Shown: positions 10,251-20,033 of the stretch, one piece after another
Position numbering within the stretch: the first letter of the stretch is position 1
Layout: every line of letters begins with the position of its first letter
Origin: Burkholderiales bacterium
Lineage (GTDB): Bacteria > Pseudomonadota > Gammaproteobacteria > Burkholderiales > SG8-39
Direction: 5' to 3'
DNA: 64,000 nucleotides
Assembly: GCA_036555245.1 (NCBI GenBank)
Contig: DATBLP010000008.1
Coordinates: 5,403-69,402 of the forward strand
Translations under genes and position numbers: made by a program
Notes under the pieces: model-generated
Databases searched by the model: none
Told to the model about the DNA's origin: nothing
Seen by the model: the letters and a program-made list of their open reading frames with translations, nothing else

Positions 10251-10259
10251 GCTGGATTC

Positions 10260-11255
10260 CTATTCCGCCTCTTCCCGTTTGAAGCTGCCGACCACGCTCC
10301 GCCAGGCGTCCATCACGGTCGTCTTCATGGAGTTCTCGGGACCGAGCTCGCCCCCGGGGACGCCCCGGGCCTCGAGTATCCCGATTTCGGCGCAGGCGTT
10401 CAGGAAATCCGCCGCATCGCCGGGCGCGGCCCCGCAGGCCTCGGCCACAGCGCCCACGCGCGCTTCGCGGGCTGTCAGCATCGCCGCCATTTGCAGGTGA
10501 CATTGACGGTAGGGAAGCGAGGCGAAGTCCGGCCAGCGGGTGAGCCGGACCGGCTCGCTCGGATCCCATCCCCCGAGGGACTCTCCGGCACCGGTCACGA
10601 GGCCCGTCAGCCACAGCAGCTCCTCGAGCGCGCGCGGCTGAATTCCCCAGCGGGCGAGGCGGACGGCAAGTTTCGCCGGCGTCACCACGGGGATGACCCT
10701 TCCGTCCAGGCGGCGCCGGTTGCGCAGCAGCGCGATCAGCTCGTCCGTGGTCCGCGACGAATAGAAGAGCTGATTCGCGGAATCGACCACGAGGACCGAG
10801 CCGGTCGCGAGCACCACATCCGCGGGATACGTCTTGTGATAGGCCTTGCGCACGAGCGCAGCGAAAGCGTGCTTCCTCCGCTCGGGGGAATCGCGCGCCG
10901 GATCGGATATCTGCAGCTTTCCCGCGACTGCCTGGAGGATCTCTGTCACGCTGTGTGGACCCCCGGTGCGGATCGGCCTGAGCAGGGTCCACTCCGCGCC
11001 GAGAACCCGGTCGCGGGCGAGCGCGATGCGCGGAATTTCGCCGAAATCCACGTTCTCCCATACCTGGCGCCCTTCCGGGCCGTCCATGTCCACGAGGACC
11101 GCGTCGGGCAGGTCCCCCAGGCGCGTGGCGAGGCACCACTGCGGCTCCAGATAGGACTTGAGCAGCGCGAGCAGCGAGCGCAGGTAGCGCTCTTCGTCGG
11201 CGCCGACGCTGGCGAGCGACAGCACCATCGGCCGGGGCAGGTCCTCGGAATTCAC
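10260..11255 (-). CDS. hypothetical protein (331 aa), no recognised domain
   Basis: ORF 10260..11255 with a GTG start, 15 nt after the upstream PDO-rhodanese stop. No motif recognised. Confidence 0.5.
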   Translation of the reverse strand: MNSEDLPRPMVLSLASVGADEERYLRSLLALLKSYLEPQWCLATRLGDLPDAVLVDMDGPEGRQVWENVDFGEIPRIALARDRVLGAEWTLLRPIRTGGPHSVTEILQAVAGKLQISDPARDSPERRKHAFAALVRKAYHKTYPADVVLATGSVLVVDSANQLFYSSRTTDELIALLRNRRRLDGRVIPVVTPAKLAVRLARWGIQPRALEELLWLTGLVTGAGESLGGWDPSEPVRLTRWPDFASLPYRQCHLQMAAMLTAREARVGAVAEACGAAPGDAADFLNACAEIGILEARGVPGGELGPENSMKTTVMDAWRSVVGSFKREEAE

Positions 11256-11270
11256 TGTTCTCGATTCGGT

Positions 11271-12323
11271 TCAGGCGCGGACGGGGCTGCCGCGCACCAG
11301 GTGCAGTCCTGCCATCGCCCAGGCGTTGGTTCCGCCATCGACGTGCACCACCTGCCGGAAGCCCGCCTTGCGCAGCATCTGCGCCGCGAGCTGGCTGCGC
11401 GTGCCCGTCTGGCACACGCAGTAGATCGGCTCGTCCAGCCCGTATTTCGCGGCAAGCGCGGCGGGGTCGAGCCGGTCGAGCGGTACGTTGACCGAGTCGG
11501 CGATGCGCAGCCCCGCAAACTCCTCGGGCGTGCGCACGTCGATGAGGCGCAAGGTCGCGAATTGCATCCGGGCCGCCAGTTGCCGCGCGGATACGCTCAG
11601 GGTCGGAACCGCTTCCGCGGCGCTCGCGCCTCCCGCTTTGGCGAACGGCCCGCCCGCGAGGTTGGCCGGAACGGCCTCGTGGATGAGCTTCGGCATCGGC
11701 AGGCCGAGATTGCCCATGATCGCAAGGAACTCCTCACGAGTCTTGCCTGCGAGACGCGCATTGAAACGCTTTTCCTCGCCGATGCTGCTCACCCTGCGGC
11801 CCCTGTAATCGTGCCCGGGATAAACGAGGATCTGCTCGTCCAGTTTGAAGAGCTTTTCGGTAATGCTGTGCCAGAGAGCCTCGGAGCTGCCGTTCTGGAA
11901 ATCGGTGCGCCCGCAGCCGCCGATGAGGAGCGTGTCGCCCGTGAACACGCGGTCGCGCCACAAGTAGCAGACGCTTCCCGGCGTGTGCCCAGGCGTGGCG
12001 ATCGTGAGAATCTCCTCGTGCCCGAACAGGATCACGTCGCCGTCCCGGAGGAGCCGGTCGTAGCCTTGCGGATTGCAGTCGCGGCACACCGCGGTCTGCG
12101 CGCCGGTTGCATCCTTGAGTGCTTGCGCGCCCGTAACGTGGTCGGCGTGCACGTGGGTCTCGAGCGTGGTCTTGAGCTTGAGGCGGTGCTCGCGCAGGAT
12201 GTGCACATCCCGCTCGACCTGCTCGATGACCGGGTCGATCAGGACGGCTTCGTGGCCTGCATCGTCAGCGATGAGATAGCTGAGGGTCGACGAGGTCGGG
12301 TCGAAAAGCTGCCTGAAGAACAT
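11271..12323 (-). CDS. persulfide dioxygenase (ETHE1-like MBL fold) fused to a C-terminal rhodanese domain
   Basis: ORF 11271..12323. Metal motif HVHADHVTG, then TPGHTPGS and GDTLLIGGCGRTDF. The rhodanese tail has active-site loop CQTGTRS. Confidence 0.85.
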   Translation of the reverse strand: MFFRQLFDPTSSTLSYLIADDAGHEAVLIDPVIEQVERDVHILREHRLKLKTTLETHVHADHVTGAQALKDATGAQTAVCRDCNPQGYDRLLRDGDVILFGHEEILTIATPGHTPGSVCYLWRDRVFTGDTLLIGGCGRTDFQNGSSEALWHSITEKLFKLDEQILVYPGHDYRGRRVSSIGEEKRFNARLAGKTREEFLAIMGNLGLPMPKLIHEAVPANLAGGPFAKAGGASAAEAVPTLSVSARQLAARMQFATLRLIDVRTPEEFAGLRIADSVNVPLDRLDPAALAAKYGLDEPIYCVCQTGTRSQLAAQMLRKAGFRQVVHVDGGTNAWAMAGLHLVRGSPVRA

Positions 12324-12350
12324 TACTTTCTCCGAATTGCTGCGGACGGG

Positions 12351-13409
12351 CTATGCCGCGGCTTGCAGCGCCTGCCCGGCGGCGCGTCCGATTCCGGCTT
12401 CGTCCAGCCGTTCGACGGGCAAGGCGCGAGCATCATCATAATGCAGATAGTTGCGCGCGGTCGCGCGCAAATATGCCGGATCGTAGTGGGTGACGAGCAG
12501 ATCCGTGACCAATTCCTCCCACGCACCTGCATCGGTCTGCAACAGCCAGCGATCGATCACACCACGGCCGTAGAGCGCCGTTAGGCACTGCAGCCTTTCC
12601 TTGAGCGCCGCCGGCTTCTCCAGGAAATGCCGGTATTCCCCGATGAGATAGCGCACGCGCTCGGCAATGGGCACGTCGAGGCGCAGGCATTCGCCGGAGC
12701 GCATGCGCTCGAGCAAGCGCGCCGGAACCTGCAGCTGGCCGATCCTCTTGCTCTCCGCCTCCACGTAGACCGGTTGCGAGGGATCGAATCGGGTGATCGC
12801 GCGCCATACCCGGCTGTCGAACATCTTCTGCGAAGGCTGCGGCTCACCCGGAAGATCCCCCAGCACCGAGCCGCGGTGGCAGGCGAGGTGCTCAAGGTCG
12901 AGCGCCTGGGCGCCCTGCGCCGCGAGCGCGGCAAGGAGGCGGCTCTTGCCGCTTCCAGTGGTGCCGCATATCACCGTAAAGCGCAGATTCTCCGGCTGCG
13001 CTTCGAGCTGCGCGAGCACCTCCCGCCGGTACCTGCGGTACCCGCCCTCAAGGGTTGCCGCGTCCCAGCCGATTTCGTGCAGAACGTGCGCCATGGCGGC
13101 GGAGCGCTTTCCTCCGCGCCAGCAGTACACCAGCGGTCTCCAGTTCTTCGGGTGTTCGCGGAAGCGCTCCTCGATGTGCCGGGCGATATTCCTGGACACG
13201 AGCGCCGCGCCCGCCTTCTTCGCATCGAAGGGCGAAACCTGCGCATACAGCACGCCGACCCGCGCCCGCTCGGCGTCGTCGAGCACGGGACAGTTAATCG
13301 CGCCGGGAATGTGATCGAGCGCGAACTCAGCGGGTGAGCGCACGTCGATGATCTGGTCAAAGGCGTCGAGCTGTGCTAGCGTAACCGCGGCGGGGTGCTT
13401 CGGATTCAC
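12351..13409 (-). CDS. selU: tRNA 2-selenouridine synthase
   Basis: ORF 12351..13409 with a GTG start. N-terminal rhodanese domain with CWRGGKRS, and P-loop GTTGSGKS. Divergent from selD. Confidence 0.9.
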   Translation of the reverse strand: MNPKHPAAVTLAQLDAFDQIIDVRSPAEFALDHIPGAINCPVLDDAERARVGVLYAQVSPFDAKKAGAALVSRNIARHIEERFREHPKNWRPLVYCWRGGKRSAAMAHVLHEIGWDAATLEGGYRRYRREVLAQLEAQPENLRFTVICGTTGSGKSRLLAALAAQGAQALDLEHLACHRGSVLGDLPGEPQPSQKMFDSRVWRAITRFDPSQPVYVEAESKRIGQLQVPARLLERMRSGECLRLDVPIAERVRYLIGEYRHFLEKPAALKERLQCLTALYGRGVIDRWLLQTDAGAWEELVTDLLVTHYDPAYLRATARNYLHYDDARALPVERLDEAGIGRAAGQALQAAA

Positions 13410-13423
13410 GCCCGCTATTATCC

Positions 13424-14473
13424 ATGAACGCCCCCAACGATCTCATCCGCCTGACGCAGTTTTCCCACGGCGGCGGCTGCGGCTGCAAGATCGCGCCGGC
13501 GGTGCTTTCCGAAATTCTCGCGCAGACGCCGATGCGCGGGCTGCCGAAGGACCTGCTGGTCGGGATCGAATCGAGCGACGACGCGGCGGTATACCGCCTC
13601 AACGACGAGCAGGCGATCGTCGCGACTACGGATTTCTTCACGCCGATCGTCGACGACCCCTACGACTTCGGGCGGATCGGCGCGACCAACGCGCTCTCGG
13701 ACGTTTATGCGATGGGCGGAAAGCCCCTCTTCGCGCTCGCCATCGTCGGCATGCCGCTCGACAAGATGCCGCTGGAGGTGATCCGGAAGATCATCTCCGG
13801 CGGCGAGTCGGTGTGCGCGCAGGTCGGGATCCCGATCGCGGGCGGACATTCCATCGACACGCTCGAGCCTATCTACGGCCTGGCGGCGATCGGGATCGTG
13901 CATCCCAAGAAGGTGAAGCGCAACGACCGCGCAAGACCTGGCGATGCGCTCATCCTCGGCAAGCCGCTCGGCGTCGGCATCCTTTCCGCGGCGCTGAAGA
14001 AAGGCGAGCTGTCGGCCTCCGGCTACCAGCGGCTGCTGGAGATCACCACCCAGCTCAACACGCCCGGCCCCGTGCTCGCCGAGATGGAAGGCGTGCACGC
14101 GCTCACCGATGTCACCGGGTTCGGCCTCGCCGGCCATCTCCTCGAGATCTGCCGGGGATCGAAGCTCGGCGCGGAGCTGCGTTTCGACGACCTTCCGGTG
14201 CTGCCCGAGGCGCTGCAATGGGTGAAGGAGGGGACGGCGACCGGGGCATCGGAACGCAACTGGAAAAGCTATGGCCGCGAGGTGGGGATGCCGGCCTCGC
14301 CCGACTGGAAGCGCAAGCTCCTCAGCGATCCGCAGACGAGCGGCGGGCTGCTCGTTGCCTGCGCGCCCGAAACGGAGGGGCGGGTGGTCGAGGAATTCCG
14401 CAGGCAGGGTTTCCCTCACGCCCGGCGGATCGGAATGATGCGGGCCGGAGACGCGCTCCTCAGCGTCGTCTAG
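13424..14473 (+). CDS. selD: selenide, water dikinase (Cys-type)
   Basis: ORF 13424..14473. N-terminal FSHGGGCGCKI motif has Cys at the Sec/Cys position. AIR-synthase-like body. Confidence 0.95.
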   Translation: MNAPNDLIRLTQFSHGGGCGCKIAPAVLSEILAQTPMRGLPKDLLVGIESSDDAAVYRLNDEQAIVATTDFFTPIVDDPYDFGRIGATNALSDVYAMGGKPLFALAIVGMPLDKMPLEVIRKIISGGESVCAQVGIPIAGGHSIDTLEPIYGLAAIGIVHPKKVKRNDRARPGDALILGKPLGVGILSAALKKGELSASGYQRLLEITTQLNTPGPVLAEMEGVHALTDVTGFGLAGHLLEICRGSKLGAELRFDDLPVLPEALQWVKEGTATGASERNWKSYGREVGMPASPDWKRKLLSDPQTSGGLLVACAPETEGRVVEEFRRQGFPHARRIGMMRAGDALLSVV

Positions 14474-15077
14474 GCGCTTTCCGCAGCATCGGTCGAAGGC
14501 GCCGCCAGACGTTGTCCAGGATGATGGTCTGCGCCTCGGCGTCCGGATGCAGATTGTCCGGCTGGAACAGATCCCGCTTGTTGACACCTTCGAGGACAAA
14601 CGGCACGAGCGCGGTGCGCTCCTCGCGGGCGAGTTCAGCGAACGCCGCGTGGAATGCCTGCGTGTAGTCCTGCCCATAGTTCGGCGGCAGCCGCATGCCG
14701 AGGACGAGAACGCGCGCTCCCTGCCGTTTTGCCGCGCGCACGATCCCGGCTAGATTGGCTTTCATCTGCGCGACCGGCAGACCGCGCAGCCCGTCGTTCG
14801 CGCCGAGCTCGAGGATGACGATAGCGGGCTTGCTTTGCGCGAGCGCCGCGCCGATGCGCGCGGCCCCGCCCGCCGAGGTTTCGCCGCTGATGCTCGCGTT
14901 CACGACGGTATAATCCACGTTTATTTGCTTCAATCGCTCCTCGAGCAACGCAACCCAACCCGCGCTTTGGGGAATGCCGTAGGCCGCCGACAGGCTGTCC
15001 CCGTATACGAGTATCGCCGGCGCGGCATACACCGCTCCGCAGCAGGCTAGGAGCCCCGCGAAAACTATCGATCTCAT
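14460..15077 (-). CDS. tesA: SGNH/GDSL arylesterase-thioesterase (TesA-like)
   Basis: Inside ORF 14460..15287. ATG at 15077 gives signal peptide MRSIVFAGLLACCGAVYA followed by the GDSLSA block. Divergent from ybbA/ybbP-like genes, as in E. coli. Confidence 0.85.
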   Translation of the reverse strand: MRSIVFAGLLACCGAVYAAPAILVYGDSLSAAYGIPQSAGWVALLEERLKQINVDYTVVNASISGETSAGGAARIGAALAQSKPAIVILELGANDGLRGLPVAQMKANLAGIVRAAKRQGARVLVLGMRLPPNYGQDYTQAFHAAFAELAREERTALVPFVLEGVNKRDLFQPDNLHPDAEAQTIILDNVWRRLRPMLRKAPRRR

Positions 15078-15771
15078 GCCCGAATCTCTCCAGCCCATCG
15101 TCCAGGCGACCGGACTTTCGAAGGTCGTTTCTCTCGTTGACGGCGCGCCCGGCGCGCGCGAGCTCGCTATTTTGCAGGACATCGCGCTCGAGGTCATGCC
15201 TGGCGAGGCGGTTGCCATCGTCGGCGCCTCGGGCTCGGGCAAATCAACCCTGCTCGGGCTGCTTGCCGGTCTGGACACGCCCAGCACGGGCTCGGTCCGC
15301 CTGGACGGCGTGGATATTTCGGGGCTGGACGAAGACGGCCGCGCGGCGCTTCGCGCCCGGCTGCTCGGCTTCGTGTTCCAGTCGTTTCAGCTTCTCCCGG
15401 CGCTCAATGCGCTGGAAAACGTGATGCTGCCCCTGGAGCTGTCCGGCGCAAAGGGCGCAGCCGATCGCGCAGCCCAGATGCTCTCGCGTGTCGGTTTGGC
15501 GGAGCGGCTGCGCCACTACCCCAAGACCCTATCGGGCGGTGAGCAGCAGCGCGTGGCGCTGGCACGCGCCTTCGTGACGCAGCCGAAGCTCCTGCTCGCA
15601 GACGAACCGACCGGCAATCTCGACGCGGCGACCGGCGCCGGGGTGATCGATCTCATGTTCGCGATGAACGCGGAAGCGCGCACGACCCTCCTGCTGGTGA
15701 CCCACGACGAGGCCATCGCCGGCCGCTGCACGCGCCTGGTACGCCTCGCGGCGGGTCGCATCGTGCCATGA
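15076..15771 (+). CDS. ybbA: ABC transporter ATP-binding protein (YbbA/LolD-like)
   Basis: ORF 15076..15771. Walker A GASGSGKST, signature LSGGEQQR, Walker B LLLADEPT. Confidence 0.85.
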   Translation: MPESLQPIVQATGLSKVVSLVDGAPGARELAILQDIALEVMPGEAVAIVGASGSGKSTLLGLLAGLDTPSTGSVRLDGVDISGLDEDGRAALRARLLGFVFQSFQLLPALNALENVMLPLELSGAKGAADRAAQMLSRVGLAERLRHYPKTLSGGEQQRVALARAFVTQPKLLLADEPTGNLDAATGAGVIDLMFAMNAEARTTLLLVTHDEAIAGRCTRLVRLAAGRIVP

Positions 15772-18263
15772 CGGGAGCCAGGCTCGCGTTCAGTATGCTC
15801 CTTCGCGACTGGCGCGCGGGGGAGCTGCGCGTGCTCGCGCTCGCGCTCGTGCTCGCCGTGGGCGGGGTCTCGAGCGTCGCGTTCTTTGCCGACCGCGTGC
15901 GCCAGTCGTTGACGCGCGAGGCTCATCAGGTGCTCGGCGCCGACGTGCTCCTCACCGCCGACCACGCCTGGAGCGCGAAATGGCGCGAGGAGATCGCGAA
16001 GCGCGGCCTCGCCGGGGCCGAAAGCATGAGCTTTGTCAGCATGACCCGGGCGGGAGGGGAGGCGTTGCTCTCGGCGGTGAAGGCGGTGACGCCGGGGTAT
16101 CCCCTGCGAGGGAAGCTGCGCGCTGCGCCCGCGCTCAACGCGGCCGACGCGGAGACTACGGAAGTCCCGCCCCCGGGCACGGTGTGGCTCGACGAGCGGC
16201 TCACCGCTGCGCTCAAGGTCGGCACCGGCGACACGATCGAACTGGGCGGCGCGCGCTTTCGCGTCGCTGCGGTGCTGACGCTCGAACCCGATCGCGGGGT
16301 GTCGTTCATGAATTTCGCGCCGCGGCTCATGATGAATATCCGCGATCTCCCCGCGACCGGGCTGGTCCAGCCCGGAAGCCGCATCAGCTACCAACTGCTT
16401 GCCGCAGGCGGGCGGGAGGAGATCCGGCAATTCGAGCAATGGGCGGCCGCGCAGCTTTCGCGAGGCGAGCGAATGGAAAGTCTGGAGAACGCCCGTCCCG
16501 AGGTGCGCGCAGGTCTCGACCGCGCGCAAAGTTTCCTCGGCCTTACCGCGATGCTCGCGGTGGTGCTCTCTTCGGTTGCGATCGCCCTCGGAACGCGGCG
16601 CTATACCAGCCGGCACCTGGACGGGTATGCGGTGATGCGCTGTCTCGGCGCGGGGCAGCCGCAGCTATTCGCGCTCTTCGCCTGGGAATTCTGTCTGCTC
16701 GCGCTCGCCGCGTCGCTCGCGGGCTGCGCGCTCGGTTTTGCCGTGCAGAACCTGGTGGCATGGTGGCTGGCGGCGCTCGTCCCGGGGAGCCTGCCGCAGC
16801 CCGGTCCCGCGCCGCTTCTCCAGGGTGCCGCCACCGGCTTCGCGGTGCTTCTCGGATTCGCGCTGCCGCCGCTCCTTCAGCTCAAGGGCGTGCCTGCTCT
16901 GCGCGTGATCCGGCGCGACGTCGGCCCGCCGCGGCAGAGCGCGCTCGCGCTCTACGCGTTCGGTTTCGCGGCTGTGTTCGCGCTCCTGTGGTGGCAGGCC
17001 GGCGACGTCAAGCTCGGCAGCTACGTTTTCGGCGGGTTTGCGGCAGCGTTCGTGCTCTTTGCGGCGATCGGCTACGGCGCCTTGCGCCTCATCGGGCGCT
17101 TCGGGCGAACCGGCAGTGCTTCCTGGCGCTACGGGCTGGCAAACCTCCTGCGGCGCCCGCGCGCCAATACCGTGCAGATCGTGGCGCTCGCAGTCGGGCT
17201 CGCTGCAATTCTGCTTCTCACCCTGATCCGCGCCGACCTGCTCGACTCCTGGCGCAGGCGCCTTCCCCCGGACGCGCCGGACCGGTTTCTTGTCAACATC
17301 CAGCCCGATCAGCGGCAGCCGCTCGCGGAGTTTTTTGCGGGCAACCGGGTGAAGCAGCCCGAGACCTTTCCCATGGTGCGCGCACGGCTGGTGGCGATCA
17401 ACGATAGGCCGGTCGGTGCCGCCGATTACACCGACGAGCGCGCCAAGCGTCAGATCGAACGCGAGTTCAATCTCACCTACCTCAAGGACCTGCCCGAGGG
17501 AAACAAGGTGACCGACGGCGCCTGGTTCACGCCGCAGGAACTGACGATGGGCGCCATGTCCGTCGAATTCGGGATCGCAGAGCGACTGGGCATCCGCAGG
17601 GGCGACCGGCTCGAGTTCGTTGCTGCGGGGCAGGCCACTTTCTCGGCGCCGGTGACGAGCATTCGCAGGCTCGACTGGGACTCGATGCGCCCGAACTTTT
17701 TCTTCATCGCCACGCCAAAGCTGCTCCAGGACTTTCCCGCGAGCTACGTCACGAGCTTCCGCGCGCCTGCCGGCGACGCAGCACTGACATTGCGCCTTTC
17801 GCAGGCGTTTCCCAATATCACCGTGATCGACGTGAGCTTCATCCTGCGGCAGCTGCAGATCGTGATGGATCAGCTGATCGGCGCGGTGCAGCTGGTATTT
17901 CTTTTCGCGCTCGCTGCGGGAGTGCTCGTTCTCTACGCCGCACTTCTTGCCACGCAGGACGAGCGCACTCACGAAGCGGCGGTCATGCGCGCGCTGGGCG
18001 CAAGCCGCGCGCAAGTGCTCGGCGCGCTGCGCGCCGAGTTCGCCGTGCTCGGGCTGATCGCGGGCCTCCTAGGCTCGGTCGGTGCGACGGCGATCGGCTG
18101 GGCGCTCGCGACGCGCGTGTTCCAGCTGGAGTTCATCTGGAACGGCTGGATCTGGATCGCCGGACCCGCGCTCGGGCTCGCCTGCATCGTGGCAAATGCC
18201 TGGGCGGGGGCACGCGCCGCGCTCAGCCGACCTCCGATGGCGGCGCTGCGCGAATCGGCATAA
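15768..18263 (+). CDS. ybbP: FtsX-like ABC permease (YbbP-like, 831 aa)
   Basis: ORF 15768..18263. Large duplicated FtsX-type permease. Start overlaps the ybbA stop by 4 nt. Confidence 0.85.
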   Translation: MTGARLAFSMLLRDWRAGELRVLALALVLAVGGVSSVAFFADRVRQSLTREAHQVLGADVLLTADHAWSAKWREEIAKRGLAGAESMSFVSMTRAGGEALLSAVKAVTPGYPLRGKLRAAPALNAADAETTEVPPPGTVWLDERLTAALKVGTGDTIELGGARFRVAAVLTLEPDRGVSFMNFAPRLMMNIRDLPATGLVQPGSRISYQLLAAGGREEIRQFEQWAAAQLSRGERMESLENARPEVRAGLDRAQSFLGLTAMLAVVLSSVAIALGTRRYTSRHLDGYAVMRCLGAGQPQLFALFAWEFCLLALAASLAGCALGFAVQNLVAWWLAALVPGSLPQPGPAPLLQGAATGFAVLLGFALPPLLQLKGVPALRVIRRDVGPPRQSALALYAFGFAAVFALLWWQAGDVKLGSYVFGGFAAAFVLFAAIGYGALRLIGRFGRTGSASWRYGLANLLRRPRANTVQIVALAVGLAAILLLTLIRADLLDSWRRRLPPDAPDRFLVNIQPDQRQPLAEFFAGNRVKQPETFPMVRARLVAINDRPVGAADYTDERAKRQIEREFNLTYLKDLPEGNKVTDGAWFTPQELTMGAMSVEFGIAERLGIRRGDRLEFVAAGQATFSAPVTSIRRLDWDSMRPNFFFIATPKLLQDFPASYVTSFRAPAGDAALTLRLSQAFPNITVIDVSFILRQLQIVMDQLIGAVQLVFLFALAAGVLVLYAALLATQDERTHEAAVMRALGASRAQVLGALRAEFAVLGLIAGLLGSVGATAIGWALATRVFQLEFIWNGWIWIAGPALGLACIVANAWAGARAALSRPPMAALRESA

Positions 18264-18267
18264 GCCC

Positions 18268-18657
18268 GTGCAGTCTCCGTATGAATTGCTCGGCGGCGAT
18301 GCCAAAGTGCGCGAGCTCGTCACGCGATTCTACGATCTGATGGACGCGGACCCCGCCTATGCCGGAATCCGCAAGCTGCACAAGCCGGACCTTTCCCAGG
18401 CGCGCGAGAAGCTCTATCTCTTCCTCTCGGGCTGGCTGGGCGGGCCCCAATTGTATACAGAGCGCTTCGGCCATCCCATGCTGCGGGCGCGGCACCTGCC
18501 GTTTGCCATCGGCATGACGGAACGGGACTTGTGGCTTGCCTGCATGGAGAGGGCGATGCAGGAAACGGGAATCGAACCGAGCCTTCGGCAAGGGCTGCAA
18601 CAGGCTTTTTTCAGGACCGCCGATTGGATGCGCAACCGAAAGGAGCAATCCGCGTGA
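18268..18657 (+). CDS. glbO: group II truncated haemoglobin
   Basis: Inside ORF 18082..18657. GTG 18268 lies just after the ybbP stop. Sequence SPYELLGGDAKVRELVTRFYDLM...HPMLRARHLPFAIG is typical of 2-on-2 globins. Confidence 0.8.
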   Translation: MQSPYELLGGDAKVRELVTRFYDLMDADPAYAGIRKLHKPDLSQAREKLYLFLSGWLGGPQLYTERFGHPMLRARHLPFAIGMTERDLWLACMERAMQETGIEPSLRQGLQQAFFRTADWMRNRKEQSA

Positions 18658-18681
18658 CGCGCAGCCGCTGCGCTATACTCG

Positions 18682-20004
18682 GTGAAACTCCTCGATATGG
18701 CTGATATCGTTCAGATTGTCGTCGCCATCCTTTTGGCGGTGGTCATCGTCCTTCAAGTTATTGCGTTCATTCGCGCTCGCGTTGAAGGATCCCCCGGGGG
18801 ATTGGATCAAGTCACTCGTGAAATTCGCGAGGGGATTGGGGCCAGCCGAAAGGAAGCGCGCGAATCCGCGCAAGACCAGCGCAAAGAGCTGTCGAGCGGA
18901 CTAAATCAGTTCAGCCAGACTCTGCAGCAGCAGATGGCCGGGATTGCAAGCATTCAGAACAACCAGATCGACTCCTTCGCCCAACAACTGGCTAGGCTTG
19001 TCGAATCCAACGAACAGCGTTTGAAGGAAGTTCGCGCAACGCTCGATCAGAAGCTCAGGGAATTACAGGTCGAAAATACGGCCAAGCTCGAAGAGATGCG
19101 AAAGACCGTGGACGAGAAGCTGCATGCAACCCTCGAGAAGCGCCTGGGAGAATCCTTCAAACAAGTCAGCGACCGGCTCGAACAGGTCCACAAAGGGCTC
19201 GGCGAAATGCAATCGCTGGCGGCTGGCGTCGGTGATCTCAAGCGGGTTCTTACGAATGTGAAATCGCGCGGAACCTGGGGCGAAATGCAACTTGCCACGC
19301 TGCTCGATCAGGTGTTGACGGCAGATCAGTACGCCGTAAACGTGGCAACGCTGCCCGGTTCGAACGACCGGGTCGAGTTTGCCATCAGGCTGCCCGGCCG
19401 TGGTGAAAACCAGCCGCTCTGGCTGCCGATCGACTCGAAGTTTCCGCGGGAGGATTACGAGCGCCTGCAATTGGCGCAGGACCGTGCTGACCCGGAAGGC
19501 GTGGAGGAGGCGGGCAGGGCGCTTGAGCTGCGTCTCAAGAACGAGGCGAGGACCATACACGAGAAATACATCGGCCCACCGCACACTACGGATTTCGGGA
19601 TTCTTTTTCTGCCTACCGAAGGGCTGTACGCCGAGGCGCTGCGTCGCCCCGGTCTCTCCGACAACCTTCAACGCGAATATCGCGTGACTCTCGCGGGACC
19701 GACGACACTGACCGCGCTCCTCAACAGTCTGCAAATGGGCTTTCGTACGCTTGCCATCGAGAAACGCTCGAGCGAAGTGTGGGAGCTCCTCTCTGCGGTA
19801 AAGACCGAGTTCGGAAAATTCGGCGACGTGCTGGCGAGAACGAAGGATCAACTTGAAACCGTGACCAAGTCTATCGGCCAGGCCGAAATTCGCACGCGTC
19901 AAATGGCGCGGAAGCTCAAGGACGTGGAGGAGCTTCCCGTTCCGCAAGCGGTAAAGCTGCTTGAGGAGCTGGGGGCATCCGAAGAGGACGACGCCGCCGC
20001 TTAG
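18682..20004 (+). CDS. rmuC: DNA recombination protein RmuC
   Basis: ORF 18682..20004. N-terminal TM helix, long coiled coil, and RmuC nuclease-like C-terminus (GTWGEMQL...DFGILFLPTEGLY). Confidence 0.9.
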   Translation: MKLLDMADIVQIVVAILLAVVIVLQVIAFIRARVEGSPGGLDQVTREIREGIGASRKEARESAQDQRKELSSGLNQFSQTLQQQMAGIASIQNNQIDSFAQQLARLVESNEQRLKEVRATLDQKLRELQVENTAKLEEMRKTVDEKLHATLEKRLGESFKQVSDRLEQVHKGLGEMQSLAAGVGDLKRVLTNVKSRGTWGEMQLATLLDQVLTADQYAVNVATLPGSNDRVEFAIRLPGRGENQPLWLPIDSKFPREDYERLQLAQDRADPEGVEEAGRALELRLKNEARTIHEKYIGPPHTTDFGILFLPTEGLYAEALRRPGLSDNLQREYRVTLAGPTTLTALLNSLQMGFRTLAIEKRSSEVWELLSAVKTEFGKFGDVLARTKDQLETVTKSIGQAEIRTRQMARKLKDVEELPVPQAVKLLEELGASEEDDAAA

Positions 20005-20033
20005 GGGCGCTGAGAAGAGAGGGGATCGGGACG

